DNA of 64,000 nt from positions 4,370 through 68,369 of the forward strand of contig DCVK01000061.1 in NCBI GenBank assembly GCA_002335385.1. The letters are read 5' to 3'. Made by a program: the position numbers and the translations under genes. Under the pieces are notes generated by a model. The model saw only the letters and a list, made by a program, of their open reading frames with translations, was not told the origin of the DNA and did no database searches. Source of the DNA: Candidatus Aminicenantes bacterium UBA2190 (GTDB lineage: Bacteria; Acidobacteriota; Aminicenantia; UBA2199). Numbering within the stretch: the first letter of the stretch is position 1; every line of letters starts with the position of its first letter. Below are positions 27,052 to 35,754 of the stretch, in pieces.

Positions 27052-27850
27052 ACTGCTGCAACTGCCCTTCATGCAGCGGGCGCTGCTGGCCGGGCTGGTC
27101 CTGGGGCTGCTCCTCTCGCACCTGGGCATTTTCGTCACCCTACGGCGCATGGCCTTTTTCAGCGACGGCATCGCCCACGCCGCCCTGGCCGGGGCCGCCA
27201 TCGGCCTGCTCCTCCACCGCGATCCTTTGCACACGGCACTGATCTTCAGCGCCCTGCTGGCGGTGGTGATCTTCTTCCTGGAAAAAAGGAGTCGCCTGCC
27301 CATCGACTCGATCATCGGCATCATGTTCACCTCGAGCATGGCGCTGGGCGTCGTGCTGATCAGCCTGCGCCAGGGCTATCAGCCCGAACTGATCGGCTAC
27401 CTGTTCGGCAACATCCTGGCCATCCGCGTCCCGGACCTGATGCTGATCGTGGTGCTGGGCACCGCGATCCTGGCCTTCCTCTTCCTGCAGCGGCGCAAGC
27501 TGACCCTGCTGGCCCTCGACCGCGAGATGGCCGCCATGGCCGGAGTCAACCCGGGCCGCTACGAGCTTCTCCTCTATGTCATGCTGGCCTGCGCCCTGGT
27601 GCTGGGCATCCGCGTCCTGGGCATCGTCCTGGTCAGCGCCATCCTGATCATTCCCGTCTCGACCGCTCGCCTGCTCAGCCGCTCCTTCCGGGCGCTCACG
27701 CGGTGGACGGTGCTGATCGCCGAGTGCACCGTCCTGGCCGGGATCTTCCTTTCCTATTTCCTGGACCTGCCCACCGGCGCGGTGATCGTCCTGACCGGCA
27801 GCGTTTTGTTCGTCCTGGCGTTCCTGGCCTCATCCCTCCGCCGCCCCTGA
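27044..27850 (+). CDS. znuB: Zinc ABC transporter permease
   Basis: ABC-3 family permease (FMQRALLAG...). ATG 27044 overlaps the znuC stop (ATGGCTGA). Confidence 0.88.
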   Translation: MAELLQLPFMQRALLAGLVLGLLLSHLGIFVTLRRMAFFSDGIAHAALAGAAIGLLLHRDPLHTALIFSALLAVVIFFLEKRSRLPIDSIIGIMFTSSMALGVVLISLRQGYQPELIGYLFGNILAIRVPDLMLIVVLGTAILAFLFLQRRKLTLLALDREMAAMAGVNPGRYELLLYVMLACALVLGIRVLGIVLVSAILIIPVSTARLLSRSFRALTRWTVLIAECTVLAGIFLSYFLDLPTGAVIVLTGSVLFVLAFLASSLRRP

Positions 27851-27928
27851 AAGGCGGCGGAATTAATTGTCCGCGGGGATCCGCATGGGGTTCGTCGGGA
27901 TAACTCGCTCTGAAGGTAGGATGAAAAA

Positions 27929-28004
27929 TGGCTCCTCAGGAGGGACTTGAACCCCCAACCTAATGGTTAACAGCCATCCGCTCTGCCGATTGAGCTACTG
28001 AGGA
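27929..28004 (-). tRNA. tRNA-Asn (anticodon GTT)
   Basis: The hand-folded cloverleaf has an acceptor stem TCCTCAG/CTGAGGA, an anticodon loop CTGTTAA and a T-arm GGGGG-TTCAAGT-CCCTC. CCA is encoded. Confidence 0.9.
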
Positions 28005-28264
28005 ACCCGATTGGAATTATAGCATCCCGCTGAAAAAGTGTCAATTGATTTTTTGAGCCCTTGACCCGCCACGGGGGCGGACCGGGAAATCCGCCGGGGC
28101 CGCCCTGCCGACCGCGCGGCGGCAGGACCGGGAAAAAATTATCGCAAGGGGGAATGCTTTTTCCCGGATTTTCTGGAATAATCATCTTTTCGGGAATGCG
28201 AAGCGAGTCCATTGCGCGGAAAAAATCGCCAAAAGGTGCAGCCAACATTAGACTTGCCGATTAC

Positions 28265-28711
28265 ATGGACAGAAAACTGATCTTTTTGGACCTGCAGGCG
28301 GATTCAAAAGAAGAAGCCATCCGGGAGATCGTCGGGCGCATGAAGGAAAACCATGCGATCCGGGATGAAGAATCGGTGCTGGAAGAGATTTTCAGCCGCG
28401 AGTCCCGCGGCGGCACCTCGCCGGGAAACGGCGTCGCCGTTCCCCACGCCCGGGTGAAGACGATCGACCGCATCATCATGGCCATGGCCAGGCTGTCCAC
28501 CGGCGTAAGCTTCTCCGCGGAGGATCGTCAGCCGGTGCGGATCGTGTTCATCCTGATCACCCCGCTGGAAAAACTGAACGAGTACTGGAAGGTCCTGGCC
28601 GGCCTGGCGAAATTCCTGAAGGACCGCAAGCTGCTCAAGCAGCTTCTCGCGGTCGATTCCGTCGAAGCCGCCTGGGAGTTGTTCGACACGCTCGCTCCGC
28701 GGGACCAGTAA
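28265..28711 (+). CDS. ptsN: PTS EIIA type-2 domain protein (EIIA-Ntr / PtsN-like)
   Basis: 148-aa ORF with the phosphorylatable His region GNGVAVPHARV and a LIFLDLQADSKEEAIREI N-terminus typical of PtsN. Confidence 0.8.
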   Translation: MDRKLIFLDLQADSKEEAIREIVGRMKENHAIRDEESVLEEIFSRESRGGTSPGNGVAVPHARVKTIDRIIMAMARLSTGVSFSAEDRQPVRIVFILITPLEKLNEYWKVLAGLAKFLKDRKLLKQLLAVDSVEAAWELFDTLAPRDQ

Positions 28712-28755
28712 GAGAAGCCGGGCCGCCGCATTCCGTCGCCCGCCCCGCCCCGCCT

Positions 28756-28784
28756 TTGGCAAATCGCCCGGAATCGCATATAAT
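28756..28784 (+). promoter_or_regulatory. Duplicated leaderless-type promoter TTGGCA-17-TATAAT, 6 nt upstream of ATG 28791
   Basis: It has the same geometry as the promoter at 35755-35783. It now faces the truncated gene fragment and the NtrC-like regulator. Confidence 0.45.
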
Positions 28785-28790
28785 ATCGCC

Positions 28791-28937
28791 ATGCCGGCCG
28801 AGAGCAAGAAACTTTTCCTGAAACCGCATGAAGAGAAGCGCATCCTCGACGGCGAATTCTGGGCCTACGGCGAAGAAATCCGCATTCAACGGAGGAAAGG
28901 GGCATCCACCATAAATTTGCCGGTTGTCCCTGAGTGA
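28791..28937 (+). pseudogene. Truncated duplicate of the 5' end of the rRNA methyltransferase gene at 35790
   Basis: MPAESKKLFLKPHEEKRILDGEFWAYGEEIR matches MPTEYMKLFLKPHEEKRILDGEFWAYDNEIR at 25 of 31 aa. At nucleotide level 80 of 93 nt are identical, with a 37-nt perfect core. Similarity then ends and a stop follows at 28935-28937. Confidence 0.8.
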
Positions 28938-30295
28938 ACATGGGTGACACGGAGAGATTTTTCCGCTTGAATGTCCTGATCGTGGACGATGAAGCCAATA
29001 TCCGCAAGACGCTCTCATACTGCCTGGAAGCCGATGGAAACAGGGTCATCGCCGTGAGCAATCCGGCGGACGCCGTAAAGGAGGCCCGCAGGCGTTCCTT
29101 CGATCTGGCGTTCGTCGATCTCAAGCTGGGTGAAGAGAACGGCATGGATTTGATCCCGATATTGCTCATGGATTCTCCCTGGATCAAGATCGTTGTCATC
29201 ACCGCGCATGCCTCCATCGAGAGCGCCGTCGAGGCCATCCAGCGCGGCGCCACCGACTATATCGCCAAACCCTTCACTCCGGATCAGGTCAAGCTCATCA
29301 CCCGGAGGATCGGCAGGATCAGAGAGCTGGAAACCGAGATCGCGGTACTCAAGGAGAACATGCAGCGGCTGGGTCCGGAGGATCGGCTTCAGAGTCTGAG
29401 TGCCGGCATGCAAAGAGTCATTGAAACCGCGAAAAAGGCCGCAGCCTCGGAGGCGATCGTCTTGCTTTGCGGTGAAAGCGGCACGGGAAAATCAGTGTTT
29501 GCCAGGGCGATCCACCACTGGAGTCCGCGAGCGGCAAAACCCATGGGCGTTGTGGCTTGTCCAGCGGTTCCTCCCGATCTTCTTGAGAGTGAGTTGTTCG
29601 GGCATGCCAAAGGGGCATTTACCGGCGCAATTCGGGATAATCCGGGACGCATCGCCGCATGTGAAGGCGGTACGCTTTTCCTGGATGAGATCGGCGATAT
29701 GGCTCCTGCCGTGCAGGCCAAATTGCTGCGGTTCATCCAGGACAAGGAATATGAGCGCCTGGGGGAATCGCAGGTACGCAAGGCGGATGTCCGCATCATC
29801 GCCGCCACGAATGCCGACCTCAAAAAGCGCGTAGCCGAGGGTCGATTCCGGGAAGACCTGTTCTATCGGCTGAACGTAATTTGCCTGACGATTCCCCCGC
29901 TTCGTGATCGACCGGATGACATTGTGCCACTGGCCAGGGATTTTCTCAGGCATCTCTGCCAGGCCAACCATAAGGCGATTCTTGGGTTTACCTCCGGAGC
30001 CGAGAAATTCTTGTTAAGCCAGGCTTGGCCGGGAAATGTTCGGGAACTCCGCAACACCATCGAGCGGGTGGTCATCCTGGGCGGCGGCGAATGGATCGAT
30101 TTGTCCGATTTTCCCGAAAAAACGGTTTCCAGCTCCGGCACTCCAGCCCTTGGCGACAAGGTGCCGTTGGCCACCATCGAAGAATTGCACATCAAAAGAG
30201 TCATTGCCAATACCGCCTCACTCCAGGAAGCTGCGGATGTTCTGGGTATCGACCAGGCAACGCTCTGGCGCAGGAGAAGGATTTACGGAATTTGA
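28934..30295 (+). CDS. Sigma-54-dependent response regulator (NtrC family)
   Basis: A receiver domain (LIVDDE...DLAFVDLKL), an AAA+ domain with GESGTGKS and the GAFTGA loop (KGAFTGA), and a C-terminal Fis-type HTH. The start is GTG 28934 or ATG 28940, overlapping the stop of the gene fragment. Confidence 0.92.
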   Translation: MNMGDTERFFRLNVLIVDDEANIRKTLSYCLEADGNRVIAVSNPADAVKEARRRSFDLAFVDLKLGEENGMDLIPILLMDSPWIKIVVITAHASIESAVEAIQRGATDYIAKPFTPDQVKLITRRIGRIRELETEIAVLKENMQRLGPEDRLQSLSAGMQRVIETAKKAAASEAIVLLCGESGTGKSVFARAIHHWSPRAAKPMGVVACPAVPPDLLESELFGHAKGAFTGAIRDNPGRIAACEGGTLFLDEIGDMAPAVQAKLLRFIQDKEYERLGESQVRKADVRIIAATNADLKKRVAEGRFREDLFYRLNVICLTIPPLRDRPDDIVPLARDFLRHLCQANHKAILGFTSGAEKFLLSQAWPGNVRELRNTIERVVILGGGEWIDLSDFPEKTVSSSGTPALGDKVPLATIEELHIKRVIANTASLQEAADVLGIDQATLWRRRRIYGI

Positions 30296-30319
30296 TTCCG
30301 CGTTTTCTTGCCATCCACC

Positions 30320-30359
30320 TTGCAATTCGCAAGACATTTCTTTGTCAGATATTGCAATT
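30320..30359 (+). promoter_or_regulatory. Candidate enhancer (UAS): two TTGCAATT sites 32 bp apart
   Basis: TTGCAATT occurs at 30320-30327 and 30352-30359, and each contains the palindromic hexamer TTGCAA. The sites lie 60-100 nt upstream of the sigma-54 promoter. Confidence 0.3.
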
Positions 30360-30417
30360 TTCAAAGCCCGTCATCCTGGCTGCAAGAATAAGCCAGGGAA
30401 AACGTGGTCCTGATATA

Positions 30418-30432
30418 TGGCACGCCTTTTGC
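30418..30432 (+). promoter_or_regulatory. Sigma-54 (-24/-12) promoter
   Basis: TGGCACgccttTTGC matches the consensus TGGCAC-N5-TTGC exactly. It lies 45 nt upstream of the kinase gene start and directly downstream of the NtrC-type activator gene. Confidence 0.7.
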
Positions 30433-30476
30433 CTGTACTAAGGTGACAACGGTTGCCATTTGGAGGAATGCATCCA

Positions 30477-32309
30477 ATGACGTTAAAGAAAAAGATTCTC
30501 ATCGGGTATGGCGTCGCGTTCGCCCTCATGGTGCTCGTGGTGGCTTGGGCGATAACGAACCTGGTGTCGCTGGGCAGGGCGACCGACGCCATCCTCAGCG
30601 ATAACTACCGCAGCATCCTCGCCGCCGAGAACATGGTGGATGCCTTGGAGCGGCAGGACAGCGGGACGCTGCTCCTGTTCCTGGGCGAAAACGAAAAGGG
30701 GATCGCGCAGTTTCGGGAAAACGAAGCCGTCTTCCTGGAATGGCTGGCCAGGGCGAAAGACAACATCACGATTCAGGGAGAGGCGGGACTTGTCCAATCC
30801 ATCGAGACGAATTACTCGGCTTATCGAAAGCAATTCTCCGCGCTGACCGACTTCAGTGAAACGAACAAAGCGGCCTTGGTGCCCACCCATTATCAGGACA
30901 AAGTCTACCCCCCCTTCATCCAGGTTCGTGAGGCGTGTGTCGGCCTGCGCAACCTCAACGAGGAGACCATGTACGCCGCCAGCCTCGGGGCCGGCGCCGT
31001 GGCCAGGCGCGCGATCTGGTCAACGGCTCTCGTGGCCGCGTCGGCACTGATCGTGGCCTTGATGTTCAGCTTGTTTCTCGCCGAGCGGATTGCCCAACCG
31101 ATCCGCCGCTTCATGGAGGCGTCGCGGAGAATCTCCTCGGGCGACTATTCCGTCCAGGTGCCCGTTAAAACCGACGACGAGCTTGGGCATCTGGCCAGAG
31201 AGTTCAATCAGATGTCCCTTCAGCTTGGCCGCTACCACGAAATGAACTTCGACCAAATCATTGCTGAAAAGAACAAGGGCGAGGCGATTCTCTCGAGCAT
31301 CGAGGATGGCTTGGTGGTTTTCGACATCCAGCTCAAGGTGGCCGGCATCAATCCCGCCGCCCGCCGGATGCTGAAGCTGGAATTCACTGAAAGCTCCTCG
31401 TTACGCTGCATGGACATTCTGCCGGATCAGCAGGTCTGCGATCTGATCCACAAGACAGTCGAGACGGGAGCACAGCCGAACATCCCGGACGAACAACGGA
31501 TTATCGTTCTCCCGGATAATGAAGGTTCCAGGCATTACTTTTTTTCGGTTACGGCGATTCGCGGAAGGGACCAAAAACTGTCCGGCATTGTGCTCCTGCT
31601 CAGGGACGTGACTCGCCTGAAGGAAGTGGAGCGACTCAAGAGTGAGTTCATTATGGCCGCGTCTCATGAGCTGCGCACGCCACTGACCAGCCTGAGCATG
31701 AGCGTGGACCTGCTCATGGAACATGCAACCGGCAATCTGGCTGAAAGGGATCGGGATCTCCTGCAAGCAGCTCACGAGGAAGTCCACCGCATGAAGGAGC
31801 TCGTGAATGACTTGCTTGACCTCTCAAAAATCGAGGCGGGCCGGATCGAACTTGAGTTCGAAAATGTTCCGGTTGCAACCTTGTTCGGGCACGTCGAAGC
31901 GGTTTTCAAAAGCCAGACAGACATGAAACAGGTTTCGCTTGAATCGGCGCTCACCCATGATTCGCTCAAGGTCCGCGCCGATACCAACAAGATCACATGG
32001 GTATTGTCCAATCTGATTTCCAATGCCCTGCGCTATGTGAGCAGGGGTGGCCAGATAAGTCTGAAGGCTCTTCAGATCGGACATCACGTCCATCTCTCCG
32101 TGCGTGATAACGGGCCGGGAATTCCTCTCGAGTATCAATCCAAGTTATTTCAGAAATTCGTCCAGGTGAGAGGGCAGGAATCAAGTGGAACAGGGCTGGG
32201 ACTGTCCATTTGCAAGGAGATCGTGCGCGCTCATGGCGGCACGATCTGGGTGGAATCATCCGCAGGTCAGGGAAGCACATTCACCTTTTCCCTGCCGGTG
32301 GCCCAATAG
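30477..32309 (+). CDS. Sensor histidine kinase (TM-sensor, HAMP, PAS, HisKA, HATPase_c)
   Basis: H-box SHELRTPLTSL, N-box SNLISNALRY and G-boxes RDNGPGIP and GTGLGLSICKEIV, with two TM segments flanking an approximately 170-aa periplasmic region. The start MTLKKK (30477) lies 9 nt after GGAGGA. Confidence 0.9.
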   Translation: MTLKKKILIGYGVAFALMVLVVAWAITNLVSLGRATDAILSDNYRSILAAENMVDALERQDSGTLLLFLGENEKGIAQFRENEAVFLEWLARAKDNITIQGEAGLVQSIETNYSAYRKQFSALTDFSETNKAALVPTHYQDKVYPPFIQVREACVGLRNLNEETMYAASLGAGAVARRAIWSTALVAASALIVALMFSLFLAERIAQPIRRFMEASRRISSGDYSVQVPVKTDDELGHLAREFNQMSLQLGRYHEMNFDQIIAEKNKGEAILSSIEDGLVVFDIQLKVAGINPAARRMLKLEFTESSSLRCMDILPDQQVCDLIHKTVETGAQPNIPDEQRIIVLPDNEGSRHYFFSVTAIRGRDQKLSGIVLLLRDVTRLKEVERLKSEFIMAASHELRTPLTSLSMSVDLLMEHATGNLAERDRDLLQAAHEEVHRMKELVNDLLDLSKIEAGRIELEFENVPVATLFGHVEAVFKSQTDMKQVSLESALTHDSLKVRADTNKITWVLSNLISNALRYVSRGGQISLKALQIGHHVHLSVRDNGPGIPLEYQSKLFQKFVQVRGQESSGTGLGLSICKEIVRAHGGTIWVESSAGQGSTFTFSLPVAQ

Positions 32310-32318
32310 GAGGAACAC

Positions 32319-33044
32319 ATGGAAAAGGATTCCATCCTGGTCGTTGACGATGAGAAGAACATCCGTCTGACCATGTCGCAGTCATTGGAACCACTGGAGA
32401 TTCCAGTCCAGACTGCCGTGAATGGCGAGGAGGCACTTCAGAAACTTCGCAAGACTTCATACAGTCTGGTTTTCCTGGATTTAAAAATGCCTGGAATAGA
32501 CGGGATGGAGGTCCTTCGGCAAATCAAGGACAGCTGGCCCAAAGTCCGGGTAATCATCATCACTGCCCACGGGACGATTGAATCCGCCGTGGAGGCCATG
32601 AAATACGGCGCGGTAGATTTCATTCAGAAGCCTTTCAGTCCCGTTGAGATTCGGGAGTTGGCCACTCGGGTGCTGCGGCGCGAGGCGCTGCTGGAGAAGG
32701 ACGCGTTCGATTATTTCTCCTTGATCGAACTCACCAAAAAATACATCTCAGATCGCGGATTCTCGGCTGCCCGGGAAACCGTTCGGAAGGCCATGGCGGC
32801 GGACCCGACCCAGCCGGAGGCGTACAACCTTCTCGGGGCATTGCATGAAATCAAGGGTAATAGGTTGGAGGCCCAAAAATTCTACCGGGCGTCCTTGGAT
32901 ATCGACTCCTCATTCAAACCGGCCCGAGCGAACCTGGATCGTATCACGTCCTGGGAAAAAAAAGGCAGGATCGATCTCGGTCCCGACAGGAAAACCGCCG
33001 ATTTGCCGGACGAAGGCATCAAGGATGGCGCGGATGAAGAATAA
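32319..33044 (+). CDS. Response regulator receiver domain fused to a TPR-like C-terminal region
   Basis: A CheY-like domain (LVVDDE...LVFLDLKMPG...KPF) is followed by AYNLLGALHEIKGNRLEAQKFYRASLDID, which is TPR-like. An AGGAGG RBS is present. Confidence 0.85.
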   Translation: MEKDSILVVDDEKNIRLTMSQSLEPLEIPVQTAVNGEEALQKLRKTSYSLVFLDLKMPGIDGMEVLRQIKDSWPKVRVIIITAHGTIESAVEAMKYGAVDFIQKPFSPVEIRELATRVLRREALLEKDAFDYFSLIELTKKYISDRGFSAARETVRKAMAADPTQPEAYNLLGALHEIKGNRLEAQKFYRASLDIDSSFKPARANLDRITSWEKKGRIDLGPDRKTADLPDEGIKDGADEE

Positions 33045-33474
33045 CCGCTACATCGTGATCGTGGGCTGCGGCAGGCTGGGATCGCATCTGGCCAACCATC
33101 TCAGTCGTAGCGGCAATTCGGTGGTGGTGATTGATAAGAACGAGCCCACTTTCAAAGACCTGTCGCCAGATTTCAGCGGTTTTCGAGTTCACGGGGATGC
33201 CACGCAGATGGCCGTTCTGAAAGAGGCCAAGGTCAACCAAGCGGATATTCTGATCGCCACCACCCACGAGGACAACGTCAATTTGATGGTGGCTCAAGTG
33301 GCGCAGGGTATTTTCAGGGTTCCCCATGTGCTGGCCAGGGTTTTCGATCCCAAAAGAATGGAGGTTTATGCGCAACTGGGCATCGACACCATATGCCCGA
33401 CATCTGTGGCCGCGGAGATGTTTCTTCAAGCCGTTGCCAATGGCGCGGCCGGACGCAGGGGAGCCAATCCATGA
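33034..33474 (+). CDS. TrkA-N (RCK N-terminal, NAD-binding) domain protein
   Basis: IVIVGCGRLGSHLANHL Rossmann motif in a protein of about 146 aa with no RCK_C domain. The start is 33025 or 33034, overlapping the upstream gene. Confidence 0.8.
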   Translation: MKNNRYIVIVGCGRLGSHLANHLSRSGNSVVVIDKNEPTFKDLSPDFSGFRVHGDATQMAVLKEAKVNQADILIATTHEDNVNLMVAQVAQGIFRVPHVLARVFDPKRMEVYAQLGIDTICPTSVAAEMFLQAVANGAAGRRGANP

Positions 33475-34133
33475 AAGTGCTCATCGTCGGAAGCGGCAAA
33501 ACGCTATATTTTTTATCCCGGAATTTTTCTGCGCGCGGATACCAGGTCGTCATCATCAACCGCAACCCGGAAGAATGTATCCAACTGTCCCGCCAACTGA
33601 CTGCCACGGTGGTTTGCGGCGACGGAAGCGATGACGACATTCTCAAGGATGCCGGCGCCATGGGCGCCGATGCCGTGCTCGCCATCACTCCGAACGACCA
33701 GGACAATCTGGTCATCTGTCAACTTGCCTCCCGCAAATTCAGTGTTCCCAGAACCATGGCTCTGGCCAACGATCCAGACAATGCCGAAGTTTTCGAAAAG
33801 TTGGGAGTCTCGGGCTTTTCCACAACCCACATCGTCGGCAGTCTGATCGAGCAACGGGCCTCCTTGGAACAGATTACCAACTTGTTGCCCGTAGGAGAAG
33901 GCCGGGTGAACGTGACGGAAATCGTGCTTACTGGAGACTCCCCGGTCGTAGGGAAGCTCTTGAAGGATATCGACCTGCCTGAAAACGCCTTGGTGGCCGT
34001 GGTGATCCGCGACAAAAAGCCGATCATCCCCCGCGGAGCCACTGTCATGCTGGCAGGCGACCGAGTCGTACTGATTACACTTCCGGAAAATCATGGTCCG
34101 GTGCTCAAGGCGTTCACCGGCGAACGGTTATAG
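33471..34133 (+). CDS. TrkA/KtrA-like protein (RCK_N plus RCK_C)
   Basis: 220 aa. The N-terminus VLIVGSGKTLYFL has a degenerate GxGxxG motif. The C-terminal TrkA_C-like region is VTEIVLTGDSPVVGKLLKDIDLPE...VVIRD. It overlaps the upstream gene as ATGA. Confidence 0.8.
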   Translation: MKVLIVGSGKTLYFLSRNFSARGYQVVIINRNPEECIQLSRQLTATVVCGDGSDDDILKDAGAMGADAVLAITPNDQDNLVICQLASRKFSVPRTMALANDPDNAEVFEKLGVSGFSTTHIVGSLIEQRASLEQITNLLPVGEGRVNVTEIVLTGDSPVVGKLLKDIDLPENALVAVVIRDKKPIIPRGATVMLAGDRVVLITLPENHGPVLKAFTGERL

Positions 34134-34147
34134 GGGGGGACCGGCCC

Positions 34148-35623
34148 TTGCGAGAGAAAGAATATCTCAAACAGCGCTATTCCTCGATCATTTCCGCAGT
34201 CGGAATGATTCTGCTTCTGTCCAGCGTTATGATGTTGACACCACTTTTAATTCTCATTTCACATCCCGAAGAGGCCATCTACTTGTGGGCCTTCTGTATA
34301 CCCGCGGCCAGTCTTTTTTTTATGGGATTTTTCTTGTGGAAGGCATTCCGTTCTCCACTCAGCATCACGCTCACCGTCCAGGAGGGCGGCATCACGATTT
34401 TGTTGAGTTGGATTGTCGTCATCCTCTTTTCCGCATGGCCGTTTGCATCCGCCTTGGATCTGCCGTATTCACAGGCCATATTTGAATCGGTCAGCGGATG
34501 GACCACCACCGGACTCACGGTCGTGAACGTGGCCAGCACCGGCAAAATGGTTCTGATCTGGCGCAGCATCATCCAATTGGCCGGTGGCGCAGGGTTGGCC
34601 ATCATCATGATGTCGGCCATCGTCGGTCCGGTTGGCGTCGGCATTGCGAGCGCAGAGGGCCGAAGTGACCAACTCGTGCCGCAAGTGAAACAGTCGGCAC
34701 GCCTGGTTCTGATCATCTATGCCGGCTACGCCCTCGCCGGAACCATCGCCTATCGGATAGCGGGGATGTCTCTATTTGACGCGGTCAACCATTCCTTTGC
34801 CGCGATTTCCACCGGCGGTTTCTCCACGCGAGCGGAAAGTATCGGATACTGGGATTCAGCCGCCGTTGAAGCCGTGACCCTGCCGCTTATGCTTCTCGGT
34901 AATCTGAGCTTTGTCAGCGCATGGCTGCTGTGGCACGGCAAGCTGCGCACGGTGGTGCGGAACGGCGAAGTGCGCCTATTGGCCGTGCTCATTCCCTTGT
35001 CGGCCGCGGCAGTGTTCCTCCTGACGAGCCAGGCGCTATATCCCCAGCTCGGAAAATCAATTCGCGTCGCTGTCTTCGAAACAGTGACCGCCATAACCAC
35101 CACGGGCTTTTCAACAGTGAATTACGGCAGTTGGAATTCCGCTGGATTATTCCTGTTGATCCTTCTGATGCTGATCGGCGGCGGCACATGTTCCACCGCC
35201 GGTGGCATCAAGCAATATCGCGTCTATTTGTTCTGGAGGACTCTGCGCTGGGACATCCAGCGCGCCATCATGCCGCGCACAGCGATTTTAGAGCGTTCGC
35301 TCTGGGAAGGGAACCGACGCGTCTTTTTGGACGATGCCCGAATCCGTCAAGTGCTGACTTTCATCCTCATGTATCTCATGACCTATCTGTTCGGCGTGCT
35401 GGTTTTATGCGCCTGCGGCTGCCCTCTCGTCGACTCCCTGTTTGAATTCGCCTCCGCTCTTGGAACCGTTGGGCTTTCCGTTGGCGTCACCAGCGCCGGC
35501 ATGCCGGATGCCGCTTTGTGGTCGGAAATCATTGCTATGTTTCTAGGTCGCCTGGAGTTCATTGTCGTGATTGTCAGTGTCATCAAGATCAGCAGCGATG
35601 TGCGAATTCTGAAAAAAGGCTAG
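34148..35623 (+). CDS. trkH: TrkH/KtrB family cation (K+) transporter
   Basis: 491-aa polytopic protein with repeated selectivity-filter-like motifs (SGWTTTGL, ISTGGFS, ITTTGFS, GTVGLSVG). It has a TTG start. Confidence 0.88.
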   Translation: MREKEYLKQRYSSIISAVGMILLLSSVMMLTPLLILISHPEEAIYLWAFCIPAASLFFMGFFLWKAFRSPLSITLTVQEGGITILLSWIVVILFSAWPFASALDLPYSQAIFESVSGWTTTGLTVVNVASTGKMVLIWRSIIQLAGGAGLAIIMMSAIVGPVGVGIASAEGRSDQLVPQVKQSARLVLIIYAGYALAGTIAYRIAGMSLFDAVNHSFAAISTGGFSTRAESIGYWDSAAVEAVTLPLMLLGNLSFVSAWLLWHGKLRTVVRNGEVRLLAVLIPLSAAAVFLLTSQALYPQLGKSIRVAVFETVTAITTTGFSTVNYGSWNSAGLFLLILLMLIGGGTCSTAGGIKQYRVYLFWRTLRWDIQRAIMPRTAILERSLWEGNRRVFLDDARIRQVLTFILMYLMTYLFGVLVLCACGCPLVDSLFEFASALGTVGLSVGVTSAGMPDAALWSEIIAMFLGRLEFIVVIVSVIKISSDVRILKKG

Positions 35624-35641
35624 ACCCCGGACGGACTGTAA

Positions 35642-35663
35642 GCCAACAAACCGTTTTGTTGGC
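35642..35663 (+). terminator. Hairpin 3' of trkH
   Basis: GCCAACAAA-ccgt-TTTGTTGGC forms a 9-bp perfect stem 18 nt after the stop. The U-tract that follows is weak (gtggtttcc). Confidence 0.4.
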
Positions 35664-35754
35664 GTGGTTTCCACGAAGGACGCTCCAATGGCGACGTCAA
35701 TCGTACTGAACCAATCTCTCCCGAGTCACTAATAAGTCAGTCACCTGAAAACAT

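Noticed and set aside
27929-28004. tRNA-Asn as the integration site of the 28.8-35.9 kb island.
   Set aside because: The direct repeats that bracket the island are copies of the methyltransferase gene start, not of the tRNA. The tRNA lies about 750 nt away with ptsN in between, and its 3' end points away from the island.
28884-35753. A search for an integrase, transposase, excisionase or inverted terminal repeats inside the island.
   Set aside because: All seven ORFs are accounted for as regulators or Trk components, and no recombinase-like ORF or terminal inverted repeat was seen. The mobile-element call is therefore kept at low confidence.
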